64,000 bases of DNA from Mobula hypostoma (lineage: Eukaryota), in assembly GCF_963921235.1 (NCBI RefSeq), contig NC_086109.1, positions 8,496,001 to 8,560,000 of the forward strand, in the 5' to 3' direction. Positions 10,863-23,930 of this stretch are shown here, piece after piece. Numbering within the stretch: position 1 is the first letter of the stretch; each line of letters starts with the position of its first letter. The notes beneath the pieces are model-generated. The model saw only the letters and a program-made list of their open reading frames with translations, was not told where the DNA came from and searched no databases. The translations under genes and the position numbers were made by a program.

Positions 10863-11654
10863 GATCCTCTATCTCTCACGTGGTTACGCTTATCTGCTGC
10901 CTGGCAAGCTGAGTTCTTCCAGTTTATCGAGTGCCTGTGTTACTCTGGATTTCCAGCATCTGCAGAACCTCTTATGTCTGTTACAGCATTAGCCTGGATT
11001 TCTGTACAAACGTCAATGGAGAGAAGCTTGAAGCCTCAATTTCCTGGCTCACACTTGAAAGTACATCACACTGACGTCTGCAATGACAGCATTCCTTCTT
11101 AAGTCAGTTCAAGTATCTGAGCCATACAGCTTAACCTGCAAACGTTAGTTGATCTTTTTTTGCCTTAGGAGATAAAATGCATTAATTATTGAGCAGTGTT
11201 ATCTAACCAATGGACAAATAAACTTACCAATAAGTCCTCTGATGTCCAAGCATTTTGGTGATTGACTGAGGTCCATAGAGCTGTTAAAAGGCTCACCTTT
11301 ACTGCTGTTCTTCCCCTCATATATAGATTCTATTCCTCCAAAGTCAGAACTGTATTGATCAGTTAATACTGATAAACTGAAACATATGACTGCTGGTGGG
11401 AATGAAAATTTAATGGTCGTGCAAGCAGATACTCAGCACCTTCTGTGTGGAAAAAACTTAGCCTCAGATCTCCTTCAAGTTTCTCCACCCCCCTCCCCCG
11501 CCCCCTCAGATCTCCTTCAAGTTCTAGCAAAACTAGAACTTTGCGCTCTAGTTCAAAACTTCCCTGTCCAGGATGAAAGTCAAAGTCAAAATAAAATTTA
11601 CTATCGAAGTATTTATACAGTATACCACCATATACTACCTTTAGAATCTTTTTT

Positions 11655-12385
11655 GGATTCAGAATCAGAATAAGGTTTAATATCACTGGCATTGTGAAAT
11701 TTGTCAACTTTATGGCAGCAGTACAAAGCGATGCACAATAAGAGAGAGAAAGTATATATATGTATATCAAATAGTTAAATTAAATAAATAGTGCAAAAAA
11801 GTAGAAATAAAAAAGTAGTGAGGTAGTGTTCATGGGTTCAATGTCCATACAGAAATCAGATGGCAGAGGGGAAGAAGCTGTTCCTGAATCACTGAGTGTG
11901 GGTCTTCAGGCTCCTGTACCTCCTTCCTGATGGTAGCAATGAGAAGAGGACATAACCTGGCTGATGGAGATCCTTAAAGATGGAAGCTGCCTTTTTGAGG
12001 CATTGCTCCTTGAAGACGTCTTGGATACTATGGAGGCTAGTGCCCATGATGGAGCTGACTAATTTTAGGCAGCTTACATCGATCTTGTGCAGTAGCCCCT
12101 TCCCACCCTTACCAGACAATGATACCATGATGAATCAGAATTTAAATCGTTTAATATCACTGGCATATATCGCGAAATTTGTTAATTTTGCAGCAGCAGT
12201 ACAATGAAATACATGATAATAGAGAGAAGAAACTGTGAATTACAGTATGTATATTTTAAATAATTAAATTAAATAAGTAGTGCAAAAATAAGATAAAAAA
12301 GTAGTGAGGTAGTGTTCAATGTCCATTCAGAAATAGGTTGGCAGAGGGGAAGAAGCTGTTCCTGAATCATTTGAGTATGTGACTT
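11655..12385 (-). mobile_element. Two adjacent Rex1/Babar-like LINE 3' ends
   Basis: ORF 11889..12128 (CLKKAASIFKD...LFSLLPSGRRYRSLKTHT); (ttctga)n tails. Confidence 0.8.
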
Positions 12386-13716
12386 CAGTTAGGCTGCATC
12401 TATCATTAAGAACCATCATTACCCAAGACATACCATCCTCTCATTACTACTATTAAGGAGGAGGTATAGGAGCCTGAAGACTACTTATTTAATTTATTTT
12501 TAATATAGACTTATTGTAATATATAGTTTTTATTAATATGTATTGTAAGACACTGCTGCTGCAGAGCAACACATTTCATGACAAATGTTGGTGATATTAA
12601 ACCTAGTTCTGATTCTAATTTTCTTACAGACATTTACAGGAATATAAAGAAATACTAATTTATGAAAAATTACTCATAAAGACTGACATAAAACCAATGT
12701 TCAAAAGAAGACAAACTGTGCGAATAAAAATAACGTTGAGAATGAATCGCAGAGTCCTTGGAAGTGAGTCTGTAGGTTGTAGACTCAGTTCAGAGTTGTG
12801 GTGAGTGAAGTTATCTTTGTTGGTTCAGGATCCTGATGGTTGTCGGGTAATAACTCTTCCTGAATCCTGTGGCGTGGGACCTAAGGCTTCTGTGCTTCCT
12901 GTCTGATGGTAGCGAGAAGGCAGCATGGCTTGGATGGTGGGCATCCTTGTTGATGGATGCTACTTTCTTAGGCAGCCCTCTTTGTAGATATGCTAAATGG
13001 TGCGGAGGGGTTCGCTTGTGATGGACTGGGCTCTATCCACAACTTTCCGTAGACTTTTCCATTCCTGGGCATTGGTGTTTCCAGACTCATCTGTGATGCT
13101 ACCAGTCAAGATACTCTCCACTGTTCACCGAAAGAAGTATAAAACCTATAGATGTACTTTCTCCTGATAAACAGGTATAAGTTTCAGTTCATCTATCAGG
13201 AGAAAAAGTTTTCATCCGTGACCTTGTCAAAGGCCATTCATTCCTGTGGAGACTGTCGCTGTACTTGTGCAGGGTATTGCTGGTGGGAAACAGGCAGGAA
13301 TTCAGAGTCAGTCCTTAGGTGAATACCGGGTTCAATAGTTCGGACACGAGAAGTGAGGCCAGTGTTGGTGACTCTTCAAACGTAGCCCAGTAGATGCGAG
13401 TGGAACCGGGCAAGTTGGCCTCTCTCCTTTGGAACTTCATCAAGCTTCTGGTTTCCATCGAAGCAGCATTGTGGTTAGTGTAATGCTTTACAGTGCCAGC
13501 AAAATGGCTTCAGTTCCTGCCACTGTCTGCAAAGAGGCTGTATGTTCTCTCCCACGGCTGTGTGGGTTTCCTCTGGGTGCTCTGGTTTCCTCCCACATAC
13601 AGGTTAGGGTTAGTGAGTTGTGAATACTATGTTGGCATTGGAAGAACAGCTACAACTGCAGGCTGCCTACAGTACATCTTGGGTTGCGTTGGGTGTTCAC
13701 GCAAATGACACATTTT

Positions 13717-14936
13717 ACAAGCAGGGTAGACAAAGGAGATGCAGTAGATGTGGTGTACTTGGATTTTCAGAAGGATTTTGACAAGGTGCCGCACATGAGG
13801 CTGCTTAGCAAGAGCCCATAGAATTACAGGGGAGTTACTAGCATGGGTGGAGCATTGGCTGGTCGGCAGAAAACAGACAGTGGGAATAAAGGGATCCTAT
13901 TCTGGCTGGCTGCCGGTTACCAGTGGAGTTCCACAGGGGTTGGTGTTGGGACTGCTGCTTTTTACGATGTATGTCAATGATTTGGACTACGGTATTAGTG
14001 GATTTGTGGCTATATTTGCCAATGATACAAAGATAGGTGGAGGAGCGGGTAGTGTTGAGGAAACAGGGAGCCTGCAGAGAGACTTAGATAGTTTAAGGGA
14101 CTGGGCAAAGAAGTGGCAAATGAAATACAATGTTGGAAAGTGTATGGTCATGCACTTTGGTGGAAGAAATAAACGGGCAGACTATTATTTAGATGAGGAG
14201 AGAATTCAAAATGCAGAAATACAAAGAGACTTGGGAGTGCTTGTGCAGGATACCCTAAAGGTAACCTCCAGGTTGAGTCAGTTGTGAAGAAGGTGAATGC
14301 AATGTTGGCATTCACTTCTAGAGGTATAGAATATAAGAGCAGGGATGTGATGTTGAGGCTCTATAAGGCACTCGTGAGACCACACTTGGAGTATTGTGTG
14401 CAGTTTTGGGCTCCTTATTTTAGAAAGGATATACTGACATTGGAAAGGGTTAAGAAAAGATCCACGAGAATGATTCCAGGAATGAAAGGGTTACCGTTTG
14501 AGGAATGTCTGACAGCTCTTTGGCTGTATTCCCTGGAGTTCAGGAGAATGAGGGGGAATCTCATAGAAACATTCCAAATGTTAAAAAACCTGAACAGATT
14601 AGATATGGCAAAGTTATTTCGCATGGTAGGGGATTCTAGGACAAGAGGGCACGACTTCAGGATTGAAGGACGTCCTTTTAGAACTGAGATACAGAGAAAT
14701 TACTTCAGTCAGAAGGTGGTAAATCTGTGGAACTTGTTGCCACCAGTGGCTGTGGAGACCAAGTCATTGAGTGTATTTAAGGCAGAGATAGATAGATTCT
14801 TGATTAGCCAGGGCATCAAAGGGTATGGGGTGAAGGCAGGGGAGTGAGCATGACTGGAAGAATTGGATCAGCCCATGATTGATTGGCAGAGCAGACTTGA
14901 TGGGCTGAATGGCCTACTTCTGCTCCTATATCTTAT
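13717..14936 (+). mobile_element. CR1 3' fragment (about 1.2 kb) nested inside a V-SINE (about 13462-14975)
   Basis: ORFs 13847..14287 and 14284..14847 with GVPQG and LVRPHLEYCVQFW; SINE tail resumes immediately after the CR1 end. Confidence 0.93.
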
Positions 14937-15034
14937 ATGATGTACATGTGACAAACAGAGCTAATCTTTAAGCTATCCGTCATGTTAGTCCCATGGAGGT
15001 TTTCACCTTATAGAGACAGATAAAAGATATACAG

Positions 15035-15350
15035 ATTTAAAGATTAGCTTTATTTGTCACATTAATATCAAAACATACATCGAGTGCTTCTTTTTGTGTC
15101 AAATCAAATCAGCGAGAGTTGTGCTGGGCAGTTTGTAAGTGTCACCATGCTTCCAGCACCAACATAGCATGCCAACAATTTACTAACCCTAACCCGTACA
15201 CCTTTGGGATGTGGGAGGAGCTCAAAGCACCTGGAGGAAACCTACGCAGTCACGGGGAGAGTGTACAAACTCTTTACGGACAGCGGTGGGAATCGAACCC
15301 TAGTCTTACAGTTGGCACTGTAACGCGTTGCGCGAACTGCTATACCTCCG
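15035..15350 (-). mobile_element. V-domain SINE (tail type 2)
   Basis: B box gttcgattcc and V core on the minus strand; tail ...aataaagctaatctt. Confidence 0.75.
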
Positions 15351-15509
15351 TGGAAGGATGATTTGTCTTTGTCACCCCAGAATAGAACATTATTGGTATC
15401 TTGGACTTTGATACAGTATAGACAGAGAAATCACATATTGGGAAATGAGTGACGTGCTTTCGCTAAGCCCAAGACAGACGATAAAGGACATTGTTTCTGG
15501 ATGAGTGTC

Positions 15510-15950
15510 ATACAGTCATACAGCATCAAAACAGGCTCTTCAGCTCATCTAGTCCTTAAGAGCCGAACTATTATTCTGCCTAGTCCTATCGACCGGCACC
15601 TGGACCAGTGCCCTCCATACCCCTCCCATCCATGTACCCAACTAAGCTTCTCTTAAACGTTGAAATCAAACCCACATCTACCACTTGTGCTGGCAACTCA
15701 TTCCACACTCACAACCCTCTGAGAGAATTTTCCCTCTTGTTCCCCTTGAACATTTCAACTTTCATTCTTAACCCACGATCTCTAATTCTAGTCTCACCCA
15801 TCTTCACTGGGAGCAGCCTGCTTGCATTTACCCTATCTATGCCCCTCAGGATTTTGTAGACCTTTATCAAATCTTCCCTCATTCTCCTGCCCCCCCCAGG
15901 GAGCAAAATCCTAACCTATTCAACCTTCCTCTGCAACCCTCGACCTCTAA
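15510..15950 (-). mobile_element. CR1 3' end
   Basis: ORF 15709..15906 (RRMREDLIKVYKILRGID). Confidence 0.85.
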
Positions 15951-16439
15951 CACTAGAACTCAACAATGGTATGATTTGTGACTGCAGAAGCCTTTGTTCA
16001 TCCCCCGAGACCCACAGCTGGTACAGTATGGGTGTGCCTCATTGCCTGTTTTGTTAGAGTGCAAACAGTGCCCCCACAGTTGCCTTGAAGACGGATAGGC
16101 ACTAAGCAACCATATGTTCTACAGATAATGCATTTAAAAAACCACACATTTCTGCAGAAAGACGAATGGCTCTGCAGTTGCTGACACATTTGATTATGTT
16201 TCCTGTTCCTGGTAACCATATCTGAACCATTTCTATGAAAGCCAAGAGATAGCATCTAAACCTTCCTCACTGGTGCTGAATATATACCATTACAAACTAG
16301 CTTTAGGATTAGAGGTCATATTGGTAACCATAAATATATAATTTCATTGGTTCTAATTTAATATAAAATGGATGGCCCTATGCTGGGTGTAAGCAATACA
16401 ACATATTACACAAACCAGCTTGAGAAACAATGGAGGGGC

Positions 16440-17105
16440 CATCAGAATTAGAATCAGGTTTAATATCAACCTCCGTGTGTCGTGAAATTTGTAAACTTTG
16501 CGGCAGCAGTATTAATACAGAAAAAAACCCTGAATTGCAGTAAATATATATATCTATATTTCATATGCATTATATATATATATATAATGCATATGAAATA
16601 GTTAAACTAAATACGTAGTGCAAAAAGAGAATAAGAAAGTCATGAGGTAGTGTTCATGGGTTCAATGTCCATTCAGAAATCGGATGGCAGAGGGGAAGAA
16701 GCTGATTCTGAATCGTTGAGTGTGTGCCTTCAGGCTTCTGTACCTCCTTCCTGATGGTAGCAGTGAGAAGAGGCAATGTCCTGGGTGATGTCCTTTATGA
16801 TCGACACTGCCTTTCTGAGGCACCGCTCCTTGAAGATGTCCTTGATTCTACGGAGGCTAGTACACAAGATGGAGCTGACTAATTTTACAACTTTCTGTAG
16901 CTTCCTTCAATCCTCTGCAGTAGCACTACCCCCTCTTATCCCCCATGCATACCAGAAGGTGATGCAGCCTGTCAGAATGCTCTCCATGGTACATTTGCAG
17001 AAATTTCCAAGTGTTTTAGGAGACATTCCAAATCTCCTCAAACTTGTAATGAAGTATAGATGCTGTTTTGCCTTCTTTATAGCTGCATCGATATGTTAGG
17101 ACCAG
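16440..17105 (-). mobile_element. Rex1/Babar-like LINE 3' end
   Basis: Same family as 11655-12120. Confidence 0.8.
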
Positions 17106-17424
17106 GTTGGGACTATCAATACAAGTGTTGTTCTTCATTTTGGATGGAGATCAGGGAAGTTTATAGTTTGCTGTCATTGTTTTTCGATACTACGTTATTT
17201 CTCCATAAAACCATCCAAACTTTTGACGCCCGTTTGTTGTAGTTATTCTATTCCTGTGTTGAAGCAGAGCTGACTCCAATCTTCAATGTGCTTTCAATCC
17301 AGTTTGTCTGGTCTTTCTCATCACTAGTTTATGGATTAGGTTACAGGAAGATCACTGTCACTGGATTATTTAAGTGAACATTGTATGAAGTTATATTAAT
17401 GCAAGACTCTTCTCTGAGAATTGT

Positions 17425-17742
17425 TTCCATGTCACGGTGGAGAGGCTCGTGAGCCCCTGAGGTCCCAAGAGTGTTGCTGCCTGGATCTTAGCTCCTGGCA
17501 GGGAGGTCAGGTAAATTTCCAGACAAAGAGCGATCCAGCCAAGGTCTCAATGGTGGAGCTGGTGGGAGATGATGACGCATCACAATGGCAGTGAAGGGTC
17601 CCAGTTATCTTGCATTCCGTGTCAAGGACCACGTGGTGTCTGTCCGTTCACCGGCCTCCCCACGTTAAACAAAGTCACACGCAGTGGTGCTCCAATAAGG
17701 GAATGACCCCTTGGAAGGACGTCTTACTTGACCTGAGTGATC
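17425..17742 (+). mobile_element. Degenerate RTE 5'-UTR-like repeat
   Basis: gtcacggtggagaggctcgtg...gtcccaagag...ccagac resembles the reverse complement of 10690-10860. Confidence 0.45.
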
Positions 17743-17777
17743 ACAGAAATAGAAACATGGTAGGCTAATTTTCCAAG

Positions 17778-18770
17778 AGACACAAGAGAGCCTGCAGATG
17801 GTGGAGCCCGGAGCATCACACACACAATGCTGGCAGAGGTCAGCAGGCCAGCTAGTGTCTATAGAAAGGAACAGACAGTCGAGGATTCAGGCCGAAACCC
17901 TTAATCAGGACTGGAAAGGGCTATGAAGACACCAGAGCAATAAGGTGTGTTGAGAGGAATAGGGATAACTAGAAGGTGATGGGTGAAGCCAGGAGGGGGG
18001 ATGAAGTAAGAAGCTGGGAGGTGATAAGTGGAAAGGCAAAGGACCAGTGAAGAAGGAATCTAATAGGAGAGGAGAACCGATCGTGGGAGAAAGGGAAGGA
18101 GGAGGGGCACTGGGGGAGGTGATAGGTAGGAGAGGAGAAGAGGTAAGAGGCCAGGGTTGGGAATAGAAGAAGGGGGAATGGGGAGGGAGGAAAAATTACT
18201 GGAAGTTGAAGAGATTGATGTTCATGCCATTAGATTGAAGGCTACCTGGACAGAATGTGGGGTGTTGCTCCCCCAGTCTGATGGTTGCCTCATTGTGGCA
18301 GGAGAAGCGGCTGTGGACCAACATGTCAGGACGGGAAAGGGGATAGGATTTGAAGTGGTTGGCCACCGGAAAATTCTGCTTTTTGCAAATGGAGCTGAGG
18401 TGCTCAACAAAAGCAACCGCCCGATGTATGTCAGGTCTCACCAGTGTAGGGGGCGGAAGAGTGGAAGCACCGGGTACAGTAGATGACTCCAACAGATTCA
18501 CATAGGAGGCGTTGCTTCACCTGGAAGGACGGATTGCCGCCCTGAAGGGAGGGAAATGGGCAGGTGTGGCACTTCGGCTGCTTGCCAGGTTAAATGCCCC
18601 ATCCCACCCACCTGTCTTCACCCATCACCTTCCAGCTTGTCCTCCTCCTCCCCCTTCCTCCCCCTATCGGTTTTATTCTGTCTTCTTCTCCCCCCTTCCT
18701 GCTCCGTCCTGAGGAAGGGTCTCAGCGTATCAGGCAGCATCTATAGAAATGAATAAACAGTCAACGTTTT
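17778..18770 (-). mobile_element. Older Penelope-like element with internal inversion
   Basis: ORF 18196..18501 (FVEHL...PVANHF...GSLQSNGMNI); plus-strand UTR segment about 18597-18726. Confidence 0.8.
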
Positions 18771-19207
18771 ACATGCGCTGTTATTAGCTTGTACAAAATA
18801 CAGTGTAGGGCTGAGGAAACCTAGTGGATATGTCATCATGTTGTTAGGTAAACATTACCACAATAACTAGGGATATTAATAGAATTATGAAAGTAAATGT
18901 CAAGAGGCAAGGGCCCTGTAAGGCAATGCAAGCAAAGGAATAAGCTTTGCTCTCTAACTCAATTCCAGCTCTCTAACTCTCTAACTTATTTTCAAAGTTC
19001 AAAGTAAACTTATTAGCAAAGTACATACACGCAAGTCACCGTATACAACCCTGACATCCATTTTCTTGCAGGAATACTCAATGAATCCCATAACCATAAT
19101 AGAATCAATGAAAGATTGTGCCAACAGGGCAGACAGCCAGTGTGCAAAAGACAACAAACTACATGAAGACAAAAAGAAAAAAAAGGAAATAATAATAACA
19201 ATAATAA

Positions 19208-19490
19208 TAAGTGAAAAACACTAGAAATATGCTGAATTATAAGTGGAAATTGAAAGACTATGGAACATGAACAGGGTATACATTGTCCCAATAGTAATAT
19301 TTACAAATGGTATCATCCCAAAGGCACTACTCAATAGCATTAAACAATTAGGGCTACTCAGTAATATCTATGTAAATCTTCAGAAAGCCACAATGCTAAC
19401 CCCACTAGAAAATCTGAAAGTTCATAGCAATTGAGAAATGAGTGTGCTTGGCTATACCTGTACCACAGGTTTTACCAGCTTGAGCTGAGA
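19208..19490 (+). mobile_element. R4/Dong-clade non-LTR retrotransposon 3' end (restriction-like endonuclease C-terminus)
   Basis: Translation EKH*KYAEL*VEIERLWNMNRVYIVPIVIFTNGIIPK...LQKATML; sits in a (TAA)n tract within a Rex1-like UTR (about 18990-19800, -). Confidence 0.75.
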
Positions 19491-19828
19491 TTATATATTT
19501 TATAATAAACAAATAAACAAATAAATTAAAAAAAACAATAAATATCAAGAACATGAGATGGAGAGACCTTGAAAGTGAGTCAATTGGTTGTAGGAACAGT
19601 TCAGTGATGGAGCAAGTGAAGTTGAGTGAAGTTATTCCTTTTGGTTCAAGAGCCTGATGGTTAAGGGATAATAACTGTTCCTGAACCTGGTGGCGTGGGT
19701 CCTGAGGCTCCTGTACCTTCTTCCCAATGGCAGCAGTGAGAAGAGAGCATGTCCTGGGTGGTGGGGGTCCCCGATGATGGATGCTGCTTTCCTGCAACTT
19801 TAAGTGTTGAACAAAATGGATAGACTTT

Positions 19829-20270
19829 GTAACACACACAAAATGCTGGAGGAACTCAGCAGGTCAGGCAGCATACATGGAAAAGAATAAACAGTTAATG
19901 CCTTGGTCCAAGATCCTCCTTCTGAACTGAGAAGGAAGGGGGAAGATGCCAGAATAAAAAGGCGAGGGGGGTGTCGAAGGAGGCTAGCTGGAAGGTGATA
20001 GGTGAAGCCAAGTGGGGGGCATGGTCAAGAGATGGAGAAAAAAGAATCTGCTCGGAGAGGAAGGTGACAATAGGAGAAAGGCAAGAAGGAGTGGACCCAG
20101 GGGAAAGTGTCAGGCAGTTGAGAAGAGGTAAGAGGTCAGAGTGGGAAGGGGAGGGTGGAAATTTTGTTCATTGGAAGGAGAAATTGATCGTTATGCCAGC
20201 AGGTTGGAGGATACCCAGACGGAATATAAGGTGTTGCTCCTCCATCCTGAGGGTGGCCTCATCTTGGCAC
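19829..20270 (-). mobile_element. Penelope-like 3' end
   Basis: acacacacaaaatgctggaggaactcagc end, purine-rich body, GIY-YIG tail ...cccagacggaatataaggtg. Confidence 0.85.
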
Positions 20271-20612
20271 TTTGTTCTTTAAAAAGTTTCCCACTCTAAC
20301 TTTTTTAAGGTCTCCTCCTTAAAATCTCTCTCTTTGACCAAACATTTGTTGTTCTGTGCTCCTACTTCTCACAGGGGATTGTTTAATGAATGTAAGTTGC
20401 CATATAAATCCAAGTTATTGTTGATGTAATGTCTGTCTCCAAGGGACTCATTGACTATATCTCTCAATGTTGCCTTGTGTTGGACATTCCTCACGTTCTG
20501 TCCTTTTAATTCAAGGTCAAGTGTCTCTGTATTACAAGTATATACTGCATTGCGACTATAATAATCACAAGCAACACACCTGTCGTAGTCATCGATATAG
20601 TACATTATAATC

Positions 20613-21185
20613 TGAGCCTTCCATCGGTCAGAGTCGACCATAGATGTTGTACCCAAGCTGTCTCGCTGCACAAGCCTAGGCAGTACGATATGGAGAGCAA
20701 GCTGTAGCCCATGTAGCTGGCTCCCTCTCTCCACACATTTAATGAACCCAAAGGAACAGCGGGGACTGATATACAGTTTGACACCAGCAGCATCACAAGA
20801 GTTGCTGATCATCGTTGAACTCAATGTAGGACTGCCTTAGGGACTCCAGCTCCAGATTTTTCCCTCGGGGTTTACTCCCGGAGCCTTCCCCGTGAGTGGA
20901 TATAGCCACAAGGCAATGGAGGTTTGAGATCAGAGTTTTCCTTCTCCTTGATGAGCTGCCAACTACAGCTGACGAGCCCCATTTGCCCAAAGTGATTGGT
21001 TTTAAGGTGCCAGTAACCCTCCTTTGCTCCTTCTCTTGTCAGAAGAAACAGTTCTGCTGGGCTTAGTAGCAAAGACACACGTGAAAGCCAGGCGTTGGAC
21101 TTGGTTCTCAGAGGCTGTTAGTGGGCTATTGGGAGTATTCAATAGGCAGTGGGAGCTTGTCCCCACTACCTCCTTAAGGATCCAT
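20613..21185 (-). mobile_element. Non-autonomous RTE/BovB-like element
   Basis: Minus strand has the RTE 5' UTR motif aggagaaggaaaactctga; 9-bp TSD attataatc (20604-20612, 21186-21194). Confidence 0.7.
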
Positions 21186-21269
21186 ATTATAATCATGCCA
21201 TTAATTACAGCTGTCTGCATTAGAGACATGTGCAATAGAACTGATGTGAAGGGAGATGTAATAAAATGC

Positions 21270-21840
21270 AGCACACACACACACAAAATGCTGGAGGAAC
21301 TCAGCAGGTCAGGTAGCATCTATGGAGGGGAATAAACAGATGATGTTTCAGATTGAGACCCTTCATCAGGACTGGAAAGAAAGGGGGCAGAAGCCAGAAT
21401 AAGAAGGTGGGGAGAGGAGAAGGAGAACAAACTGGCGGGTGATGAAGTAAGAAGTAGGGAGGTGATAGGTGGAAGAGGTAAAGGGCTGAAGAAGAAGGAA
21501 TCTGATAGGAGAGGAGAGTGGGCCATAGGAGAAAAGAGCATAGAATATTAGAACACAGTACAGGCCCTTCGGCCCATGATGTTGTGCCAACCTTTTACCG
21601 ACTCTTAGATCAACCTATCACTTCCCTCCCACATAGCTTTCCATTTTTTCTATCATCCATGAGCCTATCTGAGAGTTTACAAAATATCCCCAATGCATCT
21701 AAAGAGAACGAGGAGGGGCACCATAGGGAGGTGAGGAGAAGAGAAGGAGTGAGAGGGGAACCAGAAAGGGGAATGGGAAAGGAGAGAATGGGAAAGGGGG
21801 AGATACTGTGAGACGTTAGAGAAATCGATGTTGATGCCAT
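21270..21840 (-). mobile_element. Penelope-like 3' end split by a CR1 tail (about 21536-21700)
   Basis: Same UTR and hammerhead remnant as other copies. Confidence 0.75.
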
Positions 21841-22860
21841 ATGCCAAAATGTAATGATGGTCCTCTCCACATTATGGAAGCGTCTTGCAGGATAGTTGTG
21901 TCGGTATCATTGCCCTGCATTTAATATATTTTCTCTGCAGTTCCAGCCAAGTATTGCAATATAATCTTCTTGATATTACAGTCATGCATTGAAGTACAGC
22001 CCTCTCTGTGTTTAAAACTATGCTTTGTAGTGCAAGCCTCTCTACTTTACACCAAAACCCTCTTTGTGGCTCGAACTCTGCGTTGTTATATAGCTCTCTG
22101 TGTCATCAACAGGTTTTACAATGCATCTGCTCCATATTACAACCACATACAGCCGATCAGTTGCTCTCACGTCTTAGTCATACCAGGTAGGACCAACCTC
22201 TTAGCTGTTTCCTCTGTGCAAATTGGCCCAGCTTGTATCTGGTTCATAACTTGACACTAATACCGAGATAAACTTTCTTGAAATGCTGGAAAAAAACAGT
22301 TCCACCCCCAGCCTGAGCTTCCTTGCTGTTCGAGTATCTACGCGCGATAGCAGGAAGCAGGAATTTTTGGAACTATATCGGATAACTTACACTGTGGGTG
22401 GTCTTGGAGGCTGCATCTTCCTGAACGTCTCTCTTCACCTCAATGTTTCACAAATGCAAAAGCAACGAGCTATCTTTCCTTTGAAGTGCTAAATAAAAGA
22501 GGTGGGACAGCTATTAATGATCATCGGATGACATCTCCCCCCACCCCACCCGCCCCACAGCACCAACACCCGATCCCAATGTGCCCTGAAGAGGGCGCAT
22601 TTGATCTATCAAGTGTCCAGACTAACCAGGGTCAGAATTCTTGACATCTTTTCCATTCGTAAGAACATAACATCCAGTAATTAGTTACTCATGGGACTGC
22701 AGTCTGACATGAAATTACAATGGTACCATCTCAAAGAGTAGCCACGCCATGCATTATTTGTGTTTGGTGTCAGAGTTTACACAATTTTTCTTGTATTCCT
22801 TTTTATCTGGGTAGATTTTCCCTTTTAGTCTTCCAAAGAGAGATAAAAGGTGTAAAGATA

Positions 22861-23040
22861 AACACACACAAAATGCTAGGGGAACTCAGCAGGACAGGCA
22901 GCAACTATGGAGAGGAATAAACAGTTGACGTTTTGGGCTAAGGCCTTTCATCAGGACTTGGCCCGAAATGTTGTCTGTTTGTCCATTTCCACAGATGCTG
23001 CCCGATGTACTGATTTCCTCCAGCATTTTGTGTGCGTTAC
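22861..23040. mobile_element. Mini inverted Penelope 3'-end dimer
   Basis: Minus-strand terminus followed directly by plus-strand terminus. Confidence 0.7.
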
Positions 23041-23052
23041 CCTCAATTTATT

Positions 23053-23295
23053 ATAAGATCATAAGACCATAAGTTATAGGAGCAGAATTAGGCCATTTGG
23101 TCCATTGAGTCTGCTCTGCCATTTCATCATGGCCAATCCATCTTTTCCCTCTCAGTCCCAATCTCCTGCCTTCTCCCCGTATCCCTTCACACCCTGACCA
23201 ATCAAGAATCTATCAACCTCTGCCTTAAATATACCTGAAGACTTGGCCTCCACAGCCACCTGCGGCAAAGAATTCCACAGATTCACCACTCTCTT
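23053..23295 (-). mobile_element. CR1 3' end
   Basis: Highly similar to 7956-8190. Confidence 0.85.
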
Positions 23296-23469
23296 ATGAT
23301 CTGGAGTTTATGATTATAAAGTTAGCTCTATTTATCACAAGTACATTGAAAGATACAAGGAATTACATTTGTTGCGTCAACGACCAGCGCAGTCCGAGGA
23401 TTTGCTGAAGGCAGCCTGCAAGAGTCGCCATTCTTCAGGCACCAACACAGCATGCTCACAATCATTCTG

Positions 23470-23930
23470 ACACAAACATGAGAAATTCTGCAGATGCTGG
23501 AAATCCAAAGCGACGCAGACAAAATGCTGGACAAACTCAGCTGGTCAGGCAGCATCTATGGAAATGAATAAAGGATCAACATTTCGGGCTGAAACCCTTT
23601 TCCAGGACTGGAAAGGAAAGGGGGAAGATGCCAGAATAGAAAGGTGGATGGGGGCGAAGGAGGGTAGCTCGAGGGTGATAGGTGAAGCCAGGTAAAGGGT
23701 TGGGGAGGAAGGAATCTGATAGCAGAAGAGTGTGGACCTGAGGAGAAAGCAAAGGAGGAGGGGACCAAGGGGAAATGATAGGCAGGTGAGAAGGGATAAA
23801 AGGCCAGAATGGGGAACAGAGGTAGGGGAGATGGGGAGAGATTTTTTTTTAACTAGAAGGAGAAATCGATATTCATACAATCAGGTTGGAGGCCACACTG
23901 ACAGAATATAAAACGTTGCTCCTCCATTTT
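23470..23930 (-). mobile_element. Penelope-like 3' end with tail
   Basis: gaaattctgcagatgctgg tail, decayed hammerhead, purine-rich UTR. Confidence 0.8.

Noticed and set aside
11228..11280. Possible 53-nt minus-strand exon (ttttaacag ... TTG|gtaagt)
   Set aside because: Weak polypyrimidine tract, no recognisable peptide and no partner exons; would need RNA-seq
11462..11523. 20-bp direct repeat cctcagatctccttcaagtt around a C-rich spacer
   Set aside because: A single small local duplication in an old repeat, with no further structure
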